The notes under the pieces: generated by a model
What the model saw: only the letters and a program-made list of their open reading frames with translations
Database searches by the model: none
What the model was told of the DNA's origin: nothing
Program-made: the position numbers and the translations under genes
Shown here: one piece after another, positions 21,101 to 30,896 of the stretch
Position numbering within the stretch: position 1 is the first letter of the stretch
Layout of the letters: each line of letters begins with the position of its first letter
NCBI GenBank assembly: GCA_004563595.2
Contig: CP042461.1
Coordinates: forward strand, 300,001-332,000
Reading direction: 5' to 3'
Length of the DNA: 32,000 bases
Origin: Candidatus Saccharimonadota bacterium
GTDB taxonomy: Bacteria > Patescibacteriota > Gracilibacteria > BD1-5 > UBA6164

Positions 21101-21467
21101 TATTGAGTTCTATTATGATGAATACTTATTAAATAGGTATCAATTTATTAGAAAATGTCAGCGAGGTCCAATTATACATAAATATGATAAATCTGTTCAT
21201 TTAATAGATAATATACATTATAGTTTTGGAAAAAAAGATAGACTTATTTTTGATGCAAATGAAAAATTACCATCTCATGATATGAATGGTGACCCATGTA
21301 GAGGGAATCTTTTGTATACTAAAAATCATTTTGCAGAAGATATACTAAATAATTTCCCTAGAAATAACCCTGAATATAAATCACCTTTAGATTACACTTG
21401 GAAAAGATTTTTACCAATATTTAAATGAATTAATGAAATTATTATAGATTTTAAATCCAAATTATAA
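18117..21467 (+). CDS. Large (1116 aa) helical protein with a C-terminal coiled coil and a Toprim-like (E...DxD) module
   Basis: Track ORFs 18117, 18999, 20331 and 20832 are all in one frame, separated only by TGA. An in-frame TAG at 18081 fixes the start. The C-terminus reads GKDIVILTEGKTDWKHL ... LIIVIFDTDSFGQG ... ICIEFYY. No P-loop is seen. Confidence 0.75.
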
Positions 21468-21471
21468 AAGC

Positions 21472-22635
21472 ATGAAAATAATAATCAACATTCTAAAAAT
21501 AATTCAAAAAATCGTATTTTTCTTTTTTCTATTTTTTGCTGTTATTTGAATACTGACTTGAGAATTTGGAGTTACTTTTATGTCTCTAATATTTTGTATA
21601 ATAGTGTATCCAACATTTTATAAAATGTTTCTTAAAAATGACTGGGCAAATAATGCTAAAAAAATTATATTTAAAATGCCTTCATGGGGAGAAGTATTAG
21701 ATAAAGTAAATATATTTAAGGATAGGTCTTTTATTGTTCAATTAAATGATAAAACTAAACTAGAATACTATAATATTTTAAGTGGCATTGAAGATTGAAC
21801 TATTAAAATCAACAAAACCTTGAAAGGTAAAATCAATAAAATTGCTCAGGAAAGTAACTTGGGATATAAAGATGTAGTTTTGAATTTATTTAAAAGTCTA
21901 TGACTCAGTATTAATACTGACTTTGATGAAGAAATAAAAGGACAATTAAGTATTATAAAAAACTTTATCACACATCTATATGAGGACTCCTTTGAGGAGG
22001 ATTTTAAATTGCAACTGAAAGACTTTCTGATTGATTACTGGATTCATATAATAGAAGATTTTAAAATTACTGATGAAGAAAATGATATATTAAATTTTCT
22101 TATTAATAAATTTCAATTTCAACTTGATGAAATATGATTTGATCAAAACGAATACAATAGATACCGTACTATATATCTTATTGAAGATAAATGAGAATTA
22201 CCTGATTTAAAAATAAAATGAGAATTACCAATTATACCGAAAAAATGAGAAAAGATATATTGGATGGAGTGAGCAGTAGTATATAAAAAGAAAATGGAGA
22301 TAGTAAAAAGGGCTTCATCATCTGATGGAATATCTATAAATTTAATGGCATGAGTGAGCTATAAACTAGGTAGTTACAATGCACCTGCTTATAAAGAAGA
22401 AGTGACATTAGTAGATGACTCAGGTTTTTTCATTATCACTAATCAAAGAGTATGATTTATTTGAGATACTAAAAATTTTTGGATTAATTATGATAAGGTT
22501 ATAAATTTTACTGCAAATGAAGAAGGATTGGTTATTATGAAAGAAAATACATCAAAACCTTATATAGTTTCTCTTGGTGATTATAATTTACCACTATTGC
22601 TATTGTCTAAAATTATTAATGACATGGCTGAATAA
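21472..22635 (+). CDS. Membrane-anchored protein with a C-terminal bacterial PH-like domain (387 aa)
   Basis: Starts 4 nt after the upstream stop. Has N-terminal TM segment(s). The C-terminus reads GEKIYWMEGAVVYKK...DGISINLMAGVSYKLG...LVDDSGFFIITNQRVGFIGDTKNFWINYDKV. Confidence 0.65.
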
Positions 22636-22657
22636 TTTATATTAATAATTTAAACTC

Positions 22658-23383
22658 ATGGTAAAAAAAGATACTAAAAAAATAAAATCAATTAAAAAAT
22701 CAAAAGCACAGAAAAATGATTGGGTAGATGATATGTGAGGTTTGATAGAATGAGGTTTTAAGGTTTTGAGTAAGAATATTGCACTTACTTGAGCTATAGC
22801 ATTTGTTTTATGACTTTTGATGCAATATCTCATAATTGATAGTTTTATTGGTGGTTTAGGCTCTATCTACTATATTAATATAGAATATTCAATCATATAT
22901 TTTGTGGTGTTTTGTTTTATTCTACTTTTGGCATTTTTATTTTGATATATGTTTACTTTTTCATTTATTTTTATAATTTTATATTCTGTTTTACAAGTAA
23001 TATTTGAGATTGAAGGTAATTTGAATTATATATTTTCAGTTCTTTTTATAGTGTCAATAGTATTGCTTTTTATAAAAAGATATAGGATGTTTCTAAAAAA
23101 ATATGAAAAAATACTGACAGTATTTTTTCTTTTAACTTTTATTGCATGATTTTTCTTAGGTATTAACTATATGACCACACTATACAAAAACGTTAGTATT
23201 ATTACAAATACTGAAACTAATGTTTGAAAATTATATTTTTTTAATTGAGATTATTATTTTATAGAAATTGATTGAAAAAAAGTATTACTTCCAACAAAAG
23301 AAGTAGAAAAAATAGAATTATTAGAAAAGAATAATGATGAGATTGCTAAGGATATTATAGAAAGTGCAAATGAAAAAAAATAG
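22658..23383 (+). CDS. Polytopic membrane protein (241 aa)
   Basis: Lys-rich N-terminus, about 4-5 hydrophobic helices and a small soluble C-terminal domain. Lies 22 nt after the upstream gene. Confidence 0.65.
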
Positions 23384-23441
23384 AATTTGAGTGCTTGAAT
23401 ATTTTTTAGTATATACCTCTAATGTGAGAAGTTAATTTGTT

Positions 23442-24827
23442 CTATGAATAGTTATTTGTATTGCTAGATTCATATTTATAATTGCTATAAATTCAACTCA
23501 AACTTTCTTGCAATATATTAACAAATTCTGGAGAAAAGGCTTTCTTTCATTGAGGGATAACATGAGCGTATGCTCTTAGTATCATATCTATATTAAAACT
23601 TGATGTGAAAAGATTTGAAGAGGTATATAGTTGATCTTGCTTTGAAAAATCTGTAAGTATTTCTTGTATTCTTTTCTCAATACTTTCAACATTATTTTCT
23701 CACGCTCTAATTTTTCAAGCGGAATAAAAGAGGTCTAAATGCTTACTTTGTTTTTTTATATATTTTATTAATTCAAGATATCATAAAAATAGTTTTTCTA
23801 AAGAATTTAATTCTATATAAATGTTAGTCCACTCAGGTTTGTTCGTATAAAACATCTGCATGTTCTTTACAATTTGTGTGTATTTTTCAAGCTCTATATG
23901 ATTCTTTTTATTTGGAATTATAAAAAACTTTTTCTCATGGTAAGTTATAGAGTGAATATTTATTATTGATTCTTTATGAATTTCCGAAAATTTAAGATTC
24001 TTTCTCATTTTTTCTTTTTCAATAAAATTATCTGGGTTGTTAAGTGCTAAAAAACTTCTATATAGAATATTATCTTTTTTACTGACTTTATCTATTAAAG
24101 AATAAATAAAATTAGTAATTTGTTTTCTGTTCCATGATTCATATTGTTTTTTATACTTAGCGCTATTTGCCTCTACAAAAGTCTCAAAACAGGGGTTCCA
24201 TATTATTGTATAAGTTGACTCTTCTTGTTTAAAATATAATTTGGCCCTCCGATTATCATTTTCAAAAATATTAAAGCCAATATCTATACATCAGATCATA
24301 TATATTTCTACTCAGTTAAATAATATTTCTGTTTGATCATAATACTCAACTATTTGCATAAGTTTTTTGTATAATTCAGGTGAGACTGTTCATATGATAT
24401 ACTCTCAATTTGTTTCACCTTTTAGGGTGCTTCATATATCCAATTCTTTTTGATACTTGTAGCAAGTCCGTTTATATATCATGCATATATAATCTAGAAT
24501 CTTACATAAATACTTTATTTCATTGGAGTTGAGAAATAAAGTTGAATTTCAAATTGAGAATTTAAATTTATTTGGGGAAATTTTTAGTATGTATTTTCTT
24601 TCTTCTATAGGTTTCCATATATAACTTATGAGATCTGTATCAATATTTTTTTTACATAAGTGTATTAGTGTTTTAGACTGTGAATTACAATAAATAACCA
24701 TGAAAAAAAGGGATTCATCATTTTTTTCATGGAATTGCTTTATATTTGGTATATATAAGTCTCACTTCATGTATTGCGAATCAAAGTGCCAAGTATAATT
24801 GCATTTTTTTGCTATCAATTTATTCAT
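23442..24827 (-). CDS. Hypothetical protein (461 aa), no recognisable domain
   Basis: Runs from ATG 24825-24827 (minus) to TAG. It is in frame with track ORF 23781-24008 and has about 11 TGA codons. No tyrosine-recombinase R-H-R-Y pattern. Confidence 0.65.
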
Positions 24828-24864
24828 AAAATTTAGTGAATTTATAAAAAACTAGGTAATGTAA

Positions 24865-24884
24865 ACACCCAACGGGGATCGAAC
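24865..24884 (-). repeat. Partial copy of the tRNA 3' end (T-loop to acceptor)
   Basis: acacccaacggggatcgaac matches tRNA positions 25000-25019 (acacccggcagggatcgaac) at 17 of 20 positions, ungapped and in the same orientation. No 5' half is present. Confidence 0.6.
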
Positions 24885-24995
24885 TCAATGAAGCCCCATA
24901 ACAAAGGGATTTCACTCCATAATCATAAATAATAGCCTAAAAAGATTGAACTAAAAAAAGCCTCTATCGAGGGCTCTTTAGGTTTTTTTTCGTTA

Positions 24996-25071
24996 TGGTA
25001 CACCCGGCAGGGATCGAACCCACGCTAACCAAGGTCCGCGGCCTTGTGCTCTTCCACTGAGCTACGGGTGC
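24996..25071 (-). tRNA. tRNA-Arg (anticodon GCG), CCA-encoded
   Basis: 76-nt cloverleaf: GCACCCG-TA-GCTC-AGTGGAA-GAGC-A-CAAGG-CCGCGGA-CCTTG-...-GTGGG-TTCGATC-CCTGC-CGGGTGT-A-CCA. The acceptor and D arm resemble bacterial tRNA-Arg. The anticodon lies at 25037-25039. Confidence 0.8.
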
Positions 25072-25100
25072 ATAATGTGTAGTAGTATTGTATGTAAAAT

Positions 25101-25160
25101 CAAGAATAATCAAGATTTAATGTTAACTCAAGAATAATCAAGATTTAATGTTAACTCAAG
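25101..25160. repeat. Perfect 28-bp tandem duplication (2.1 copies)
   Basis: caagaataatcaagatttaatgttaact occurs at 25101-25128 and again at 25129-25156, followed by caag. Confidence 0.9.
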
Positions 25161-25223
25161 GTAAGTCTGTAAGATTTTAATTATAAATAGATAATAACAC
25201 TCTTATTCTATAATAACTTCATT

Positions 25224-26246
25224 ATGAATACAAAATTTATAGTAGTTGTGATTTTACTGGTTAGTTTTTTGTTATGAATGAATAGTTACTTCAATGGAAA
25301 CCAAGAAAATAAAAATGAAATAAGAACAGAAAATAAACAATCAGCAACTAATGATATATGAGCAGAATATGACTTTAAGAATGAAGGACTCAATACAAAT
25401 ACAGCAAAAAGGTCAGTTGACCTAGGACTGATACTCAATGGTTGACCATGAAAAGACGGGATTCCCGCTATTAATAACCCTCAGTTTATAAAAATACCTG
25501 AAGGTGATAGCCAAGCTGGACTCAATGATGAAACTCTATGAATCTCTGTAAAAATATGATCAGAAGCAAAGTTTTATCCATACTCAATACTCTACTGGCA
25601 TGAAATAGTAAACGATACCATTTGAAATACCAAAATATCTGTAACATTTTGCCCACTCTGTGGAACAGCAATTGTATATGATAGAGTGGTAGATGGAGAA
25701 GAGCTAACCTTTTGGATATCAGGGAAACTTTATCAATCAAACTTACTAATGTATGATGACCTGACTCATACTCTTTGGTCACAGTCTATATGAAAAGCAG
25801 TTGTCTGAGATTATTTAGATACAAAATTGAGTGTTATAAAATCTGATTTAATAAGCTATAAACAATTTAAAATAAACTACCCTAAATGACTTGTGATGAG
25901 TGAAGATACTGGATATAATAGATCATATGGGAGAAGTCCGTATAGCTGATATGAAACAAGTGATGAACTCTATTTCCCCGTAGAGCATTTAGATGCTCGA
26001 TTCGCAAAAAAAGAGTTATTATTTGTACTTCCGTACAAAGGGGAATCATATGCATTTGTGAGAAGTGAGTTAAAAGAAAAATGAGTAATTAATTATAAAA
26101 TTTGAAATGAGACAATAAAAATTATATATAAAAATTGAGAAATTACAGCAATGTCTTGAGATATAGTTATCCCAGGGTACATAGAAATGTGGTTTTCATG
26201 GGCAACACAGCATCCAGGTTCAGAGAATATATGGGAAGGGGGATAA
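25224..26246 (+). CDS. DUF3179-family secreted/membrane-anchored protein
   Basis: Sequence: GGPGKDGIPAINNPQF...FYPYSILYWHEIVNDT...VTFCPLCGTAIVYDR...FWISGKLYQSNLLMYDDLTHTLWSQ...WFSWATQHP. Confidence 0.85.
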
Positions 26247-26321
26247 TTACTTCTTACCTTTTTGTGTACTTTTCCTTCATTCTCAATATACTTTTTGCAG
26301 TTATAATTTTACAGGATCTTC

Positions 26322-27389
26322 ATGAAAAACATACTTATTATTCTTCTTTTGTTACTTGCTCCTATATCAGTATATGCTTGAGAAGCAAAGGTTTTAGAAA
26401 TTGGTAAGAATAATCTAGTTTTCTTAAACTTATGGAAGAAACCAGAAGTAAGAAATCTATATGAATCATGAAAGCTTACTTTTGACGTCATAAAAGGTGA
26501 AAAACTACAATTTGTGTATAAAAATAAAAAAATATTCCTACATCTTCCAGGAGTGAATATCTCTGAAGAAGGGATGATTGAAGTACGTTTTAAAAATCAA
26601 AAAAAACAGATTGCATATAAAATAGATTATAATAAAAATGACGAAAATTTTGATCTCAAACAAGATTTTTTATTTAAAAGACTTCAAAAAAAACCACTTT
26701 CATGTGAGAGTGCCGCAGCGTCAGATATTATTACCTTTCTTCAATGAAAAATAGTAGATGAAGATGAAGTGTATAACTTATTAGACAAAGACAAAGCCTG
26801 AGAAACAGCAGTCTGGAGTTGAAATAAATTGATATGGTGAAACCCAAATAAATGATTTGTCGGAAACGTAGATTATTATTGAGAAGAAAAAATAAAACCA
26901 AGCCAAAGATTACTCACTTGATACGGAGTCTATGAAAAACCAATTGAAAAAGTATACAAACAATACGGGCTGAAAACAAAAATTATAAACAATACAGATT
27001 ATAATAAATATTTCACAAATAATGAACACCTGAGTTTACTTTTGAAGTTTTTAAAAAAATGAAAAATGGTTCAACTCTGGTGAGATTGGTGTACAGACCC
27101 TTTGTATGATGAATGACCTATTGGTTGAAACCTTATTACAAACTCATGTCCAACACTCAACAACGACAGAAAGATTGAATGGTATTATAAAGAATGATCA
27201 GAGTTAAAAAAACATGTATGACTGAGATGAGAACACTCATTTTATCTTCTTTGATATGAATGAAGTATTTATAAACCAGAAAAAATAATTGTTTGGGACA
27301 CTGATACCTGATATCATAAATATCAAACAAAAGAATGGATGAGAAAATGGGACCTCATGGATAATAGAAGTATAATAGTTGGGAGGTAA
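26322..27389 (+). CDS. Secreted C39-like (YvpB-type) cysteine peptidase, putative
   Basis: Signal peptide MKNILIILLLLLAPISVYA. Candidate nucleophile context SCESAAASDIITFL. 355 aa with many TGA codons. Confidence 0.5.
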
Positions 27390-27414
27390 TATTTTATTGA
27401 TTATTCATTTATAA

Positions 27415-28446
27415 ATGATACCAGACAAGCCAAGTGTAAGTACTGATAGTTGAGTTGAATCTGAAGTGAAGTCAAAGGTTTCTTCTTATCTTGTAGAGTT
27501 TAAAAATAGTATTTTAGATTTTATTCTTTCCGATGAACAAAAGGAAGGGAGGGCATTGAAAGTGATTGATAATAAAAGAGGCAAGAATATTCCTCTAGAA
27601 TGAGAGGAACTTGCTCTCCTTTTGAAAAAGTGAATAGTACTTGATTGATTATCTTTGGATGATAATTCATTTCCATGAAATAATTACCAGACTGAATTCA
27701 ATGACCAAAATTTTTGTAATGTAGTACTCAATATTAGCAATAACTATATATTTAATAATTGTGACTTTCGCTGAGCAGTATTTAAAAATATTGCTTGAAA
27801 TAATGTGAGTTTTAATGACTGTAACTTACAAAATACTCAACTATGAAAGATAGCAGCTCAAGAGTTACAGTTTGCAAATTGTAATATAAATTGAATACAA
27901 TTAATAGAAAATAACTATGATAACTGCAGTGATTTAGAGTGATATTCTTGAATCACTGTTAGAAGTAAGACAAAAAATGACCCTGTTTTTTCTTCAGATT
28001 TTGAATCGGAGTTTCATACGACTTGTAAAAAAAAGATAAATAAAAAATGAATTATTAGAGTTAGAAATATAGATTGAGATGTAACAGAAATTCAAGTTCT
28101 ATTTCGTAAGGCTTTACAATTATTAGGAGTTGTATTTCTGGACTCCTATAAAATATGAGATACTTATTTACATAAGAATGTGATTTATATTTTAGATAAT
28201 CTATGAGAGGAAAATAACAACCAACTGAGAACAGAAATTCATAACCAAATGGATTTGTGAGAATACGATGATATTTATAATATTTTTCCAGAAAATGAGA
28301 ATAGGGAGATGCTGATTGATATAGATAGTGATGAGTCAGAATTAGCTTTTAAATTTGTAAGGCCAATTTCAATAGATAGAAAAATTTGATATAATCAAGA
28401 TGTAAGATTTTGAGACTATTTTACAAAAACAGTGAATGAATTATAA
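27415..28446 (+). CDS. Pentapeptide-repeat-containing protein
   Basis: The central region NFCNVVLNISNNYIFNNCDFRGAVFKNIAGNNVSFNDCNLQNTQLGKIAAQELQFANCNINGIQL has five-residue periodicity. Confidence 0.5.
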
Positions 28447-28455
28447 GAATTATAG

Positions 28456-28488
28456 AAAAAACCAAATACTTTATGTTTGGTTTTTTTT
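28456..28488 (+). terminator. Rho-independent terminator
   Basis: accaaa-tactttatg-tttggt hairpin followed by a T-run. Confidence 0.7.
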
Positions 28489-28530
28489 GTTTCTCCATAT
28501 AATACTTTCAAAGATTATTAACCTACAAAT

Positions 28531-30180
28531 ATGCAAGAAAAAATAAGCCTGAAGTGAAATATTATCAAGTATGATGAAACAAGTTTAGATCATGATATCT
28601 CTGAAATATTAAATAAGAGATTTGATGACCCAAGTGCTATTGAATGAACAATGGAAGATTTACATGATCCATTCCTGCTAAAAGATATGGATAAAGCTGT
28701 AGAGAGAATCTTGAAAGCAAAAGAAGATGATGAAAAAGTCATGATTTTTGGTGATTATGATGTGGATTGAGTAACATCAACCTCTATTTTGATGCATTTT
28801 TTCAAAAAAATATGATTAAAGGCAAGTTATAGACTTCCTCATAGAGTAAACGATGGATATGGTCTCAAGAATTATTTCGTAGATGAATGTGCTGAACTGT
28901 GAGTATCTTTGATTGTCACTGTAGATTGTGGAACTCGTGATATAGGAGTAGTGAAACATGCAAAGAAACTATGAGTTGATATTATTGTCACTGACCATCA
29001 TGCTGTTCCAGATGAAATCCCAGAAGAAGCAGTTGCAATTATTAATCCTAAAAGAAAAGATTGTAACTATCCTTTTAAATGATTAGCCTGAGCAGGAGTA
29101 GCATTTAAACTTATGAGCGCATTGGCTTCAAAGCTTTTTGATGCAAATGAGTATGAAGAATATTTAAGAGATTCAATAGATATATGTGCTATATGAACAG
29201 TAGCAGACTGTATGACTCTGACTTGAGAAAATAGAATTATTGTTATTGAATGACTCAAACAATTAAAAAGATCACGTTCAAACGGTATCAGAGCACTTAT
29301 AGAAGATAGAATTGATACAGACTTAGATGCTGATGTATTTGGATTTGTAATCTGACCAAGATTGAATGCTGCAGGGAGAATGGATAGTCCGTACAAAGCA
29401 GTAAATTTGATTTTGAACAATTGAGAAACACTCAACAAAACACTTTCTGAAATAGAACAGCTGAATGAAAAAAGGAAATTTTTAACAAAACAGTTCGTAG
29501 ATGAAGCGCTTGAAAAAGTAAATAGAAGAGACAATATATTATTTTACTACTCAACGGCAATTGAGCATGGAATTATCTGAATAGTAGCTGGAAGACTTAC
29601 AGAACAGTTTTATAGACCATCAATAGTACTCAAAGATGAATGAGATAAACTCGTTGCGAGTTGTAGAAGTCCCGATTTTTTCTCTATAGTTGATATATTA
29701 GAAAAATACAAAGAGTACTTTATTGGGTTTGGATGACATAAACAAGCTGCAGGGTTTAGTATTAAAAGGGAAAAATTCTGAGAATTTAAATCAAAGGTAC
29801 TTGCTGATTTAAACTCAATGGATTTTAGAAAACATAGAAAAGAAGTAGTCGTAGATAAGATAGTAGAACTCAATGAGTTATGATTTTGATTTTTGAAAAA
29901 AATTAACAAGTTCAAACCGTATGGAATAGGAAATAAAAAACCAGTCTTTATGATAGAAGACCTTGATTATGATACTGTAGAAATTCTTTGAAAAAATAGC
30001 AGGGATCATTTACGTTTCAAAACAAAACATGGATACAAAATATTTTGATTCTGATTCTGAGAATACTTAGATCAAATTAAAAAAGCTGATAAAGTGGATC
30101 TTATTTTTGATGTTTCTGAAGATGTTTGGATGGGGAAGAAAAATTTGATGTTAAAGGTGGTTGATATTGTAATATATTAA
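28531..30180 (+). CDS. recJ: Single-stranded-DNA-specific exonuclease RecJ
   Basis: Motifs present: DHH family GDYDVDG (the G is TGA at 28768-28770), [18 protein letters not shown] and GGHKQAAG. 549 aa. Confidence 0.95.
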
Positions 30181-30194
30181 TAAGTGGGAGTACT

Positions 30195-30228
30195 AAAAAA
30201 CCGTTATGAATATTCATAACGGTTTTTG
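30195..30228. terminator. Bidirectional terminator
   Basis: ccgttatgaa/ttcataacgg palindromic stem flanked by an A-run and a T-run. Confidence 0.8.
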
Positions 30229-30232
30229 TTCC

Positions 30233-30769
30233 TTAAGCAGCTTTTTTGTAAGACTTCTTATTTTTTTTCATCTCGATTCTCTCAGAGAGTTCAATCCGAT
30301 ATTTATTATTTTTTGGAGAGGTTCTTCTCCCATAGTCTTTACAATTTATTTTATACTTCTTCTTTGCATGATGAGTAAATAGAGCCATAAGACACTCTAC
30401 TAAATCTTCTGCTGAGTCTTGTTTTAGGAATTTGGAAGCAGCATTACTTCCAAGACGTAACAAGGTTTCTAAAAAAAAGTATCTTTTCGTCCCATAGTAA
30501 TTTTCAAGTATAATATTGTACTCAGTAAAATTATGGGATTTTTTTAGTATGACTTCTTCATTTGTAAAACGGCTACTTACGAGTACTCCTTTTTCTGTTA
30601 GAATTAATCTTAATACAATACATGCAGCCTGCTTTCGATTTTTTTGAAAACCTTTTTGCTTTGCAACTGCGATAGCTAATTCGAATTGTTCATTTCCAAT
30701 ATTTCGGAGATAAAAACAATCTTCTTTTTCTATATCTGTTTTAGTATCAACTGAAGTGAACTGTTTCAT
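30233..30769 (-). CDS. TGA-free hypothetical protein (178 aa)
   Basis: Uninterrupted ORF with SD aaggaa 8 nt upstream and a TAA stop. All 6 Gly codons are GGN. The C-terminus is basic. Confidence 0.55.
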   Translation of the reverse strand: MKQFTSVDTKTDIEKEDCFYLRNIGNEQFELAIAVAKQKGFQKNRKQAACIVLRLILTEKGVLVSSRFTNEEVILKKSHNFTEYNIILENYYGTKRYFFLETLLRLGSNAASKFLKQDSAEDLVECLMALFTHHAKKKYKINCKDYGRRTSPKNNKYRIELSERIEMKKNKKSYKKAA

Positions 30770-30896
30770 AACTAAATTCCTTCTATTAATTCATTTATAT
30801 TTATAATTATTATGAAAGAAAAGTCAAAAAATAAAATTTGCAGTATTCGTCAAAGAATAATATACTTATTTAGTATTATATTATTAAGAACATATT

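Noticed and set aside
23442-24827. Integrase call for the gene adjacent to the tRNA
   Set aside because: No R-H-R-Y tyrosine-recombinase residues or serine-recombinase N-terminal motif are recognisable, so position alone is insufficient.
24850-24960. A second complete tRNA (for example the UGA-decoding tRNA-Gly UCA) downstream of tRNA-Arg
   Set aside because: Only the T-loop/acceptor 3' portion is tRNA-like. No complementary 5' acceptor strand, D arm or anticodon arm could be built.
25101-25160. CRISPR array
   Set aside because: There are only two contiguous copies of a 28-bp unit with no spacers. No other repeat-spacer pattern and no cas genes occur in the window.
29067-29915. Minus-strand ORFs of 155 aa and 101 aa
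   Set aside because: They are antisense to recJ, whose DHH/DHHA1 motifs are unambiguous on the plus strand under code 25. The peptides are Ser/Leu-rich low-complexity sequence.
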